Shown here piece by piece: positions 34,861-51,945 of a stretch of DNA of 64,000 bases. How positions within the stretch are numbered: position 1 is the stretch's first letter; each line of letters starts with the position of its first letter. The stretch spans positions 6,365,531-6,429,530 of the forward strand of contig CM082592.2 of NCBI GenBank assembly GCA_040954595.2, read 5' to 3'. The notes under the pieces are model-generated. The model saw only the letters and a program-made list of their open reading frames with translations. It made no database searches and was not told the origin of the DNA. This DNA is from Balanoglossus misakiensis (taxonomy: Eukaryota; Animalia; Hemichordata). The position numbers and the translations under genes are program-made.

Positions 34861-37338
34861 ATGACGAGGAGGCAACTTCGAAATCAAAATCCAAAGGAAC
34901 GACGGTGTTTGTTCCAAAGACTGCGACTGACCAACAAAGGCTTAGAGTGGAAAAGCTCATGAAAAATCCAGTATGTTAAATTTGTTTGTAAAGAGTCAGA
35001 ATCCCGTATGTTTAATGCGCGTCTAGTCATACTATTACTAGGTTATTGTTGCCAGGCCTCCACTCCGCATGACTCTCACAGATCCCTTTTGTAAAGGGAC
35101 GGGACAAGGTTGTATGTTTTCACACACTTGTCTGCTGTCCAGTCAATATCATTGATCAGACCACAGTTCCTGTAATAGAGGGACTGTGATCAGACAGTTC
35201 TGTCATAAGCAGTGTACTAAGTATGTATTCTCAATAAATTCAAATTTACTGTAAACAGAATTGCTACAATAGGAAACAAAATGAGGGGGGGGGGGTATGA
35301 TCATTCGCAGGACTGAGTTGTACACTCCAAAACCAAAGCTTGAAAAAGATTCAAAAGACAATTCTGATGATACCATACTTTGTTTATTAATAACAGGACA
35401 AAGAAGTGAAAATTCCAGATTTGAAGAAAGAATGGAAACCAAAGGCACCACCAGAGTTTGTCAGACATGTGATGGGTATGTAAAGAATGAGGCATATTAC
35501 AATAAAGACAATTCTGTAAACTCTATTACACTGTACATGTCTACAGCCACACAGTATACTAGTAGTAGTAAAGGGGTACTTTGAGAGACGAATCCAGTCT
35601 TCTCTGTGTATTAGTCCGACCTTGCCATAGGGTTACTTTTCTCTTGTGTGCTCTGGCAGGTTCCAGTGCCGGAGCGGGCAGTGGTGAATTCCATGTGTAC
35701 AGGGGAATCCGAAGACGGGAGTTTGCCAGGCAGGCTTGGATAGAGGGACAGTCTGAGAAGGTGTGTGTGCTGTGCTTTTGTCAGTGGTGTGGTGTGGTAA
35801 GCCACTAAATGTCACCCAGGCTATCACCTTACCATAGAAAACGATGAGTTTGAACTGAACCATGGTGGTGAATGGGTCAATCCAGTCATATAAAATGTAA
35901 TTGCAGGCTTTTGTGATAGTATAAATGCACGCAGTCACGACAGCTATGAAATTCCCTGTGAAGAAAACTCGGGAAGACTTGTTTTGGGGTTTTCAGTCAA
36001 GATGTGTACCCTTGAGTCGAAGATGGGTTATGGCTCATTAAATTATCTTTCCGATTTCCACACAGCAAACTGAAGATGAGCTTTTCCACAAAAAGCTGGA
36101 AGACAACAAAACAAAGGCAGATGAAAGAACAGCAAAGAAAAGAGCCAAAAGGTAGTTTAAAAAAACAGCTTGTTTCAAGAATCTGGAAACAGTTCCATGG
36201 ATAATTGTCAGTGTTATGAATGTAGACATTACAGGATTGAGTCCAATTCCATGTGAGAGTGTGAATGATAATCGAAGGAAAGCAGTGAGCTCAATTTTAA
36301 GAGGAATCAATGTATCTGACAAGGTGATATGTCGCAAAGCAATACATGTTACCTACACCCAACAAAACAGTCTGATTTACACAGACCTACATTAGTCTAT
36401 TGATAGTTGAGGGCGCTTTCTTATTTATGGGGAATTAAAAGTTAGACTACCAGTGAGAGATATGGTAAATACTGTAAGTTTCTCTGTTGTGAAATAGAAC
36501 TGTATAGACTTACTTGTTGAAAACATGAAATAAATTCAGTTAATTTTATGTTCAATAATTTTTTTCAGGTTAAAGAAGAAACAAAAATTTCTTGCCAAAA
36601 AGAAACAGAAGAAAGAAAAAGGTAAGATTGAGAAAATGACAGAGAGAGAGGGGGGAGGCTTGAGGGAGGGAGATGGATTACTATCCTGTACTCATTGCAC
36701 CTTACGATGAAACAGAGAAACTAATCTGACACCAGAAATCATAATTCACAAATGACAAAAGATGAAATGGATGGCTTTCACAGCTAAATCATCCCACTTA
36801 TAAACCATTGACATTTGATGACTCCGAGTGCCCGCATGACATGCTGCATATCAAATTGCCATAGGCATGTTCAGTATTCACTGAGAGGCCTAAATTGGAA
36901 TTTGAACGACCAGTAGCATATACAAAAAACATATGTATGTGTAATGTGTTGTGGAATGCATGCAAACATTGGAGTATCTGGTTCAATAGTGCAATTTAGG
37001 TCTTTGATCTGTATGTGCACAGAGAACTTGGTTTACACCGAGTTAGTGCTGAGTGAGTGAGTGCATGTGTGTGTGAGAGAGAGTGTGTGTGTGTGTGTAG
37101 TGGGTGTCACTAACTGTATTTCCTCAAGATTCTCATGCAGTCACTTCACAGTCTTGCATAGGAAATCCTGCTTTGAAACGTGTTATGTGACCCTAGTTGT
37201 TATGCAACTGTCCTGTTTCTGTTTCAAGATAAGGAATCAGGAAGTGGGGAGAGTGAAGAGGACGAACCAGGAAGTGAGGACGAAGAGAAGAAAGAAGACG
37301 ACGCTGAAGAAAACTGTTTTGTCATCGGAGGCAACTGA
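34854..37338 (+). CDS. PRKRIP1: PRKR-interacting protein 1 (spliceosome C* factor), 6 exons, ~181 aa
   Basis: Exons 34854-34970, 35397-35475, 35660-35760, 36066-36151, 36569-36621 and 37229-37338 total 546 nt. The protein contains [19 protein letters not shown]...[32 protein letters not shown]...TAKKRAKR and ends [10 protein letters not shown]. Confidence 0.93.
37064..37098. repeat. (GT)n/(GA)n microsatellite in the last PRKRIP1 intron
   Basis: gtgtgtgtgagagagagtgtgtgtgtgtgtgt. Confidence 0.75.
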
Positions 37339-40192
37339 TGTGTTTTGATGCAGTGGGAACAATCTTTCATTCGGTGCAAACTCGCGTGTCAGTTGTCGAC
37401 CCCAGCCTGACCTTAACATCATGCATCTACTGATCTTGCTCCATAGACGTGACCAAGAGTGGTGGGATGGTTTGATTTTCAAAGTGCAACTGACCAACAT
37501 TCTGTATTGTTCCAGAAAAGAAAAACATGATCACATACCCTGATCAAGGAAGACTTTCTGTTTATATTCTTTTTTCGTAGCATCATTGCTTGGACCTCCT
37601 TTCCTTTAATATGCTACAGATATTGAAAAATCGAAATGCCATTTCAACATATAATTTATTACTAGTTGTGTGGCTGTCATAACTATCATCAGGAGGAACT
37701 GCGTGCAGCAACTTTTATATTTTCTAAATCATCAGTTGAATCATAGGTCAAAGGTCTTCTGCCCGGAAGATTGGTTTACAAGTCAAGTGGGAGCACTTTG
37801 TGCAGATGATTAACTTGTGTATTTATAGATGTGATGACAAAGACTTGAGTCATTTTACTTTATTTTGAATATTATGAAACATTTTAATTATGTCTGTGCA
37901 AAGGGCAGTAAAATTGAATTTTTATGTAGTCAACATGTTTAAGACTTCATTTTGTGTGTGTGTGTCTGAATGACAAACCTACGTATGTCAAATGAATTCC
38001 TTTTAAATGTACAAATGTAGATCTATCCTAACAGCTCATTCATGAGTGTGGCAAGTTCATCCAATTTAACATCATTTTGACCAAGGTCATTTTCCTCCAG
38101 CACAGTAACCCAGTGTATTCCACACATCTTTCTTTCCCGATACTTTTCAATATGCAGGGAAATCTCCCCATTATTCAGTGGAAGTTCAAAAGCACCCAAT
38201 TGCAGAAGAAAAAAAAAATGCACAGTAAACAACTGTACTATATCAAAAGTACTTTATGACTTTAATTTACTGACTCCATACATACAGCAATGTTTACATT
38301 TAAAAAAATTGTTTACGTTATGTAACATTCAGTAGGCAAAGGATTGAAGTTCAAATATGTAGCCAGAAAATGACTCGGTATTTGTATGGTTCTGACCATT
38401 TCTCCGTATTCCACTATGTCCAAATATTAACCCCTTGTAAACCTGCACTGCCTTTTTAAGTTGAGTCTTTAGGAGACTGGAGATCACGTTTCATTCTGCT
38501 GCTCTCCAGTCCTCTAAAAACGAGATGGGAGCAGTTTCTGGAAATTTCATCAGCTAGGAAAAAAAGAGGACAAACACAGGGAAGTAATCAGGTGGCAGTG
38601 CACATTCTACTCAGAACTCTCAAAAATCAAATCCATATGGAAGATCTACAAATATTTCATCAGATTAAAATGTGTTTGTCCTTCTAGGGAAAGAAACTGA
38701 CTAAAGGGAGCGTAAAGCTTATTAAAAAGTTCTGAAAAAACACACAAAATGGGCCATTTTCAAAGACAACAATGTCACTTGGTTTAGTCGATATACGTAC
38801 ATTTTCGTCTTATGGCCATAGTCTAGTAAATCTACACAGCCCAGAAACACACTTATAAATTTGTTGCAACAGGACTCGACATCTTTGAGTCTTTCTCCAC
38901 ACAGGATCAATCTTTTCATATCTGAGCTGCTGTATGTAGAAGTCTTTTTTTTTTTTTAAAAAGAAAGATTGTGACACTTCTTATAGTATTTATCAATATT
39001 ACACTGCATTTTTCTTTAAATTCTTCGAAGAAAAAAAAATACATAAACATGATGTGCACTTCACAACGTATGTACAGGAAAACAAACTGAAGGGAATTTA
39101 CATAAATGACATACCGTTTTACTCTTCTGTCACACCGAGGGCCTGTGCCCATCACCCCACTTGCTACAGTTATCATATAACGAGGTGAAGGTTTTAACCC
39201 ATGCACAATATATTTACATGCCGGGGGGATCGTACATAACACAACTAAAACATACTACACAGGAGGAACCCTGAGGGGTTTTAGTACACTAATTTCTTTT
39301 TAAAATTCTCATCTCTTAATTTCCCCGTTAAATAGAAGAATCGAAAAACCAAATTTAAGCACTCCAACTGTTTGACGTGTCACTGTCGCGGTAGTGTCTA
39401 TTCTGGGTCTGTTCCAAGACGAAGTGAGAGCAAATAAACTGGGGTTGTTATAAAACACGACTAATCCACCCCTAAATAAGTCTACACTTGCATACTCAAA
39501 ACAGAAAATGCTTTCAAACTCATGATGATAAATGCAATGATTGAAAATGTTTTGAACTCGCAAAGCGGGTGAAATGTGCTGAAAAAGTTGCAATTCTTGT
39601 TGTTCGTTAATTAAAGAAGTCCGCACAAAAGGAACTTTTTGGGTGTGTGTATACAACATGAACTGAACTTGCCGATGAAAGGGTATACTCGCTTGCCGCA
39701 TTGCACAAAACTATGTAAAATGACCAGAGTACGAAAAGTAGAAATAAATGTTAAAGACGCAAATGCCTGCTTCGCTGTAATGAGTGGGAATTGACAAGAC
39801 TCTCTTTCACAAGACGATAGGAAAACAAAAACGACAACTGCAGAAATAGAACGACTGTTTCAGAAAACGTAAAAGCTGTATTGGCACACACTCAACAAAC
39901 TTCATATCGCACCCCCAGGCCGCCACTAGTGGGATTCTTCCAATCGATCGAGTGAATGCAAGCTTTTTTTTTTTGTAATCTGTAAACTTGAGAGATCGCT
40001 GAAAAACATGACAGATTCTTTCTATTGGGGGAAAAAACTGCAGGGACATGACGTACACATCAGAACCGATGCTTCTAAATTGTACAGTGAAAGAGAATGT
40101 CACATTTCTCAGAGGCAATAATGACTTCTGTTGATGATCCCATCCTGTTTAAAGATATAGCTATTTACAATGTGGTTCGGGTATAAAGTTCT

Positions 40193-45335
<5,143 letters not shown>

Positions 45336-45399
45336 TAGACTATATCTTAAAGTTTTGTTTTACACCAATTTGGTACAGGTAGCTGGAAACTGAGAGAGG

Positions 45400-45540
45400 A
45401 TGGTTGCGGATCAAAAATTAGGAACGAATCCCACAGTAAGATGGCGGCCGTTACGAGGGCGAATAACTATTCCTTCATATCGCCATTGTGGTCAGGCTGA
45501 AGTTTGGCGTGACGTCACCAGAGCAGCCACTTTACTACTA
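45400..45540. promoter_or_regulatory. PP1 proximal promoter region with a YY1 motif (45438-45449) and a CRE palindrome (45510-45517)
   Basis: AAGATGGCGGCC and TGACGTCA lie in a CpG-containing patch 100-180 bp upstream of the PP1 ATG. Confidence 0.5.
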
Positions 45541-46751
45541 TCTGAATACCTAATATGAATACGCGGGATAGACAGTGTGTAAAGTAGGCCAAATCAATCA
45601 AGTTGTGAACTTTGACAAATTTTATAATGGAATCTTAAAAGGAAAATATAATATTTTTTTCGCAATCAGAACTTTCTGTTGCATTATTTATATATATATA
45701 TTTTAACAAAAATCTATATTACCATTGTATGTCGGCGGTCAGAATGATACAGAGATCATATTTTATTAAAATTAAAAATATGGAAAAATCATAAAAAAGT
45801 TAATTTATATATAAAATTAATTGCTAAACTTCATTATCATGATTATGCATGCTAGTACCTGTTGGTGAAAGAGAGAGAGAGCGAGAGAGGGGGGGGGGAC
45901 AATCTGAATAAAATCAGATGTAGAGTGAACTCAATCTTTACATTTACTGATTCTTGGACTGGCAATGATCCAAGAAAAGAACAACAAAGAACCAGAAATA
46001 AAATATATTACTCTACATCAGATATTAATGAGATTGGGAGGATGGGGAGAGGGGGTGTGAGAGACAGAGGTAGATAAAGCCAGTGACAGAGAGAGAGATG
46101 ACGGAGCCCAAGGGAAAGCATGTGTATGGTTTTATAGTTTTCATTTTCTCAAGAATGATCATTTTTGAAATTTCAAATTTACTTCTCCAAATCTTCTTTA
46201 CGTGGTTGGTTCATTTTTGTAAAGAAGTTGTAAAGTTACCAAGATCCATGGAGAAAACTAAATTCTTTCCTTAGAGTAATGTTGTAGTGTATCTTGCAGA
46301 AATTGTGTTTCTTTCACAAGAAGTAAAAAATAAATGAATAAATAAATAAATAAACAGACAAACAAGTAAATAAATAAGTAAATATTTTTGTTGATATTAA
46401 GAGCTGATAGAAGAGTTATGGAAATATGTCCGTCCATTTTCCAGCTACTTTCAGCAACCACGGTCAATGTGTGGAGTGACCGTGCAGCAACTTACCAATG
46501 TCATATTTCAAACCTTGCATGAATTCTATATCTATAAAAAAAATGAATAGTACAATGTAAATTCTATCATCTTGGCGCTCCCTAGCCCCCTCGTCCCTTT
46601 CAACGCAATGCATTGTGGTAGCAACCATTAATGTTTATTCATCAGCAGTTTACAATGACCCTACTCGGGGTCCGTTGAGCTGAGCAGCAGCCGCTAACCA
46701 CCGTAGAGAAGTGCGTGCTGCGATTGACATTTGAAGAACTTCAACGACTCT

Positions 46752-46837
46752 ATGGATTATGTAGCCGCGTCGGAACCATGTAATGTCAGAGAGTGAGAGC
46801 GAGATCGCAACTGTCGTACTTCTCCATCGATCAAACT
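46752..46837 (+). promoter_or_regulatory. uORF cluster in the putative 5' leader of the L27-ankyrin gene
   Basis: uORF 46752-46796 (14 codons plus TGA), start-stop ATGTAG at 46759-46764, start-stop ATGTAA at 46778-46783, and ATG 46783 opening an overlapping out-of-frame ORF. Confidence 0.5.
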
Positions 46838-49800
46838 ATGGCGATCAAACGCAAAGGTAAGATCGCCTAGTAAACTCCCCGCGTTTCAGTGTTACCTGCG
46901 ATCGAATGGGCCAGAGAGCCGCCATGTTTGTTGTTGCCAGTGAGAAGCATATGCAAGGACGCTACCCTGTTACTATAGTGTCCGGAAAAATTTCCATAAT
47001 ACGATCGCACGTTACGAAGATGACCGATCCAAGTAACGTAAAACGTCAATCCTGTCGGAAAGTGTTGTTTTGTCAATCTGCATGGTCAGATGACTAACAA
47101 AACCCGACAGTGCAGGTATATTTCACCTGAGCATGGCCATGGGAACGTGAGATGTATTCCCGGAAGTTTTTCACGGCTTCCTAGGTGTTTGCGACAATCC
47201 GTTGTTAATTTCGCGCATCTGATCAATTGTCTGTCCTCTCAACCGCTTGTCACCTCCAAAGACAAATCAATTAAAAGCAACAATTCCATTTTCACGTCTG
47301 AAGATTATCTCAGGTGTCAATGAGACGATCCTTATCTATGACCTAAATTCCAATATATAGACTTCAATAAATTTGTTCCATCAGATTTGTTGACTTTCCA
47401 AGTTGATTAAAACCAGCAAACACTTCGTAACACTAACATTTTTTTTGTAGAGATGAAAGAATGGCTTTCACGCAATGGGCAAAAGTGAAGAACTCCTTTA
47501 CAAAAAAATAGATTACTTGGGTAATTGTTAAATTAAAAGTTGACCAAAGAGTCTTCAGGTATTATGGTAAAAATGCATAAATACCATATGGGTGGCTATA
47601 CAGAACTCCAGAAATTTGGAATAAACCTCATCTGGAAATTAACATTTTGACACACACAAAAAAAAAACAGTCAAGAACCCTTGGCTGTGACTTTAATACA
47701 AAACTCGACAACGAGAGCTTGTACGGGGTGTGTACATAAGTGTTGAAGTGTATTCTTGTTGAGTACAAAACCAAAGACCAAAGTCAACCTTAGTGGGTAC
47801 AGTTTTCGAAATAATTTTCATATCTGTTCACAAAAGAGGTCACCACTTATTATCTTGTGAATATCAAAAACACGGTTGTCAGGTTCAAGTAGTCAAATAG
47901 TATTATGGTTTTATCTATTCGATGGCAGTGGACGTAAAAAGATATCTGGCTTTATATGTTGGAGACATTCCTGTAAAATTGGTAAAGTAAAATAAAAATT
48001 AGATTCTGTAAACCTAGGAAAGTGGAAATCTGCCTTTGCAAAATGGAAATATGCCTTTACCGCGTGCATTTCCAGAGTGTAGTATAGTATGTGACGTGTG
48101 TGTAATCAGAAGAAAAAAAGATACTGCACTGTGTCTTTGATTACAGCAGTGATTGTGTTGGCTTCCAGACTAGGAGTACGGTACCACTTATACCACACTT
48201 ATATATCAGGGTGTGACTATCAAAAGTAATTCAGTAGTCAAAACCGAGAAATATACGCTTGTGGTCAACTACCGGAATATTTTATATGTCAGCGGTGTGA
48301 AAGAAACAGAGACCCCAGTTGACCTTATCAAATTAGCATGATGTATATAGGCCTTTTTGAAGAGGGGGGTCAATGCTCAGGTGGGACTATAATTTCTGCC
48401 TTCTCAGCGCATAGGAGTTTTCTTAAGAGTATGTTGACCCGTTCTTGGATTGGCATGTACGTGTTATCATGTTCGTGATCTTGGCTCCTGGTGTTAGCTC
48501 AAGAGGCGAAAAAAAAATTCTGACTCTGTGCCAGGTTGGAAGGTTGAGTGTTTTGTTTGAGTTGTGGTCCTGACCTTGTCACTGCTGGCCGGAATGGATT
48601 TATGACTGACCAATCGGTTGCCGTGGGGGGGGGGGGGGGGGGGGGGGTTACATACCTGAACGTTCAGAATCATTGATTTCTGTCCATGTTTCAGACACTG
48701 ATAGTTTTTGTTACGGATTATTGGTACATGCAAAATCCAGATTTACTAAACTTTACACATAACTCATGTTAAGGCTAGTCCTGTAGAAATAGGGGAAGGG
48801 GGGCGGGAGACTGACAACTGGAGGAAGATTCATAACGAGATTGATCGAGGTGCTTTGCAATGCCAAAGGTACTTCATAAGTATTGAGTAATTTGCTAAAT
48901 GATTAAAATCAGTGGTGTCGAAAGTGTATTGATTGTATGCAAATATTTGTGGAAAAATTCAATATTTGATTGTTTGCAAATAGTTGTTGAAAAATTCAAT
49001 ATTTGATAATAAAAAAGTGAGTCAGGTGCAATATTTAACATTCTGTTCAGTTAATGTTTTGATAAGTGATCTTTTTTCAGAATAAATTAATGTATATTAG
49101 ACAGGAATAAATGAGTGAAGTGAACTGTTCCTGGTTTATGGTGTTAATCATTCTATAGACCTCTGTTTGACGGCCTCCTATTCTTCCTCCTACAGTTCAG
49201 AAAATTCTATAAAAAAAATATGCGTCACAGCTTGTCTACTGTTGCAAAGTTTAGAATTAACTAACGACTATCAGTTACCTCATTTGAACACGTTTTGGGG
49301 AAATAACTGATTAAATTCTTCTGTGGTAACGATTATCTTTTGTGATAATTAGTTATCAATCACCTTTATTTGAAATTCAAAGGGCATTGTAGCTGTAGCT
49401 ATTGTTATCTAACCCCAGGTCATAACTAATCCATTGTTCTCAAAAAATTATAAAAAAAGGACAGAAGTCTGTTAGCTGTTATTATACCTTTATGATAATT
49501 CCAGGAATTTCATCTGTGCTACGCTTATGTGATTTACAGTGTTACGTTAAAGGGCCAATAATTCAGGTATAAAATATCGCCTTCCTGTTCCTCTTTGCAT
49601 ATTTCATTCAATGGGTTTTTCACTATGGGGCTGATGTTAACTAGTATGTTTATAAGGCATGAAATGCTTTCTTTTCAGCCTCTTCGTACCCAGGGTTACC
49701 CTAGGTTCTATAGGAGAAAATCACAGGTTCTATAGGAGAAAATCACAGGTTCTATAGGAGAAAATCAATAAATTATGAAAATAAAAACTAGGGGAGCTAG

Positions 49801-51945
49801 TCAACTAAGACCACACCAAGCCTGGATGAAAAAACTTTAAGCATCCGTGTTTCAAGACTGTCCGAAGACTGAGGCCGGGCCTGGGTCAGCCTAAAGCAAC
49901 CAATGTGAACTCACTGTCCTGATAACGGAAAATTATCCCGGTAGCTGTGTAATGATGTAACTCACAAAAAAACCCGCACATTTGTCATCATTATTTCCAT
50001 TAATTTCCATTAATTTCAGTGTAGGTTTCAGCACCCAGTTTTATGAGATAAACATGCGTTGTTAAATTCAGAAAAATAAACATATCATCTTTACTAATGC
50101 TTGAATTATTGATGTAGACAACAAAGGCACACTCAAGACATTTCTAAAGTTGTTGAAAACATGGCAGTTAGTTGCTAAGCAACAGCAGTGACAAATAGAT
50201 CTAAGCTTAACATAGCTAGGCCTACAGCAATACCAAATATGTATCAGTCATCATATTTCAGGAGCTATCTTCAAAGAAAATTCTTTCATAATGCCCCCCC
50301 CCCCCATCTCTGTTCAATTTCGCATTGCAAGAGAGATCCTCCAAGATGTGTTTCTCACAGGAAATTGAAATGCCAACTTAATTGATCTATTTGTTATATT
50401 TATTGACAATGTTGAAAAACAAACAATATGCAAAAGAAATAGATTACTGTCTCTATATGGATATGTGATTTTTTTCTTCTCCGACCAATTAAATAGTACT
50501 GTTTGTTCAGATAGAGATCTAACTCTCAGGTTCATCCATCCATATTCTCCCACCACACCCCACCCCTCCACCCCATGCCCCTCCCCCGGGGTGCCTCCCC
50601 ACCATGCTGATTCCCCTCACCACTCCACGCCACAGCATTGCTGCGATGATTAATTTCAGATTACCCGACAAGGAAATGAGTGACATAGCACCGACATTTC
50701 AGAGGGGAGATTTCAGGGTCGTTTCTTAATGGTTTGCCCACAATCAAGCATCAGAGATTGCGAAAGCTGATTAAAATCAGATATGACAACCTCTAATTAG
50801 ATTTGACAAGATCTAATTATGTACCTTTTAGAAAGACAGTATCATTCGAGATAGAGAACAAAACACTGTGGTATATATTGTTTGTTGCTTCAGGGGGTCC
50901 ATGTTTTTTCAACAAGAATGCTTTTGTTTACCATTTGTTTAGGAAAGGTTGACTAGTGGGTCAGATTTTACAGGGAAACACCCACCTCTGGCTCTCTTCA
51001 AACCTATTGTTCCAACCTGCCAATGTCTCGCTCTTACTTGCCTTGAGAATCGGCCCTTTCAATGGTGCCCCTTATGTGGACACTGCCCAAAAAACAAAAA
51101 AATTGGGTTCTTGACTTTTGATGTCGATTGAAAAGCTGAGGATTAGCAATGCCAGTCTGGAATACAGGTGCGCATCACACGCACCATGCTTTGAAATGTG
51201 AAATTCTTTCCATGACTGGTAAACTGTTCACCAGTTGCCACGGCAACTTTACCACTTTAGTTTCGGATGTATTAGGCCACAGTTCAAATGACACCTGAAG
51301 TGCGAATATCAAACTGCCTGTCTTTTGTGTTCATAACTGCAGTTGTTTGTGCTTTTGGCATATTTTCAAAAAGACCTGCATACTTCCATCGCATAGAAGC
51401 GTGTTTAATGAATGGACATAGTTACTACCATGTCTCAAATTGACTGTTAAATAAAGGGCCAGTCTTTGGAATCAATTTCCCCTTGGCACCAGCTATCCTT
51501 GCATTTGTTCAACGTAGAGTATTTAATTCAAATTATAACTTTTCATGTTGATGTTTTTTAGACTTTCAGAAGGCAGTTGCCTTCATTCAGGATTTCCTCA
51601 TGAAACTCTCAGAAGACCAAGAGTGTGCCGAGCTGAGGGACAGCTTAAACTTGGTACTGCTGCAGATGCAAAAATACTACCGGACAATACGGTTACGGAA
51701 CCAGAACAAGATGAACAATTCCAAAAACGTGCGGGCCTCGATGCCGCACGGGCTTCGGCCGACAACTCCATATCAAGAGATGCAGGACAGATTTACATGG
51801 AAGTGGTTGCACTTGGAAAACCCCAAGACGGCGCCGACGATGGTCACGCTGCCGCTCGACGCCAAGGATTCACAGAGTCTACCTCTCATGTTGCAGGCCG
51901 TGAAGCAAGGAGACACCGAGCTCATCAAACAGCTGGTCGCTAAAG
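46838..51945 (+). CDS. 5' part of an uncharacterised protein: DLG1-type L27-like N-terminus followed by the start of an ankyrin-like repeat; gene probably continues beyond the window
   Basis: Exon A 46838-46856 (ATGGCGATCAAACGCAAAG|gtaag, first ATG after an in-frame TAA) splices in phase 1 to exon B 51562-51945 (tttttag|ac...aaag|gttagt). The product is MAIKRKDFQKAVAFIQDFLMKLSEDQECAELRDSLNLVLLQMQKYY...SLPLMLQAVKQGDTELIKQLVAKG. Exon B is GC-rich with coding-like codon use. Confidence 0.65.
48929..49007. repeat. ~38-bp tandem duplication x2
   Basis: ttgattgtatgcaaatatttgtggaaaaattcaatat / ttgattgtttgcaaatagttgttgaaaaattcaatat. Confidence 0.75.
49703..49767. repeat. 22-bp minisatellite x3
   Basis: Unit aggttctataggagaaaatcac at 49703 and 49725, and a 21-nt copy at 49747. 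Confidence 0.9.

Noticed and set aside
49703-49767. Direct repeats superficially like a CRISPR array
   Set aside because: The units are contiguous with no spacers, the context is eukaryotic and there are no cas genes; it is a plain minisatellite.
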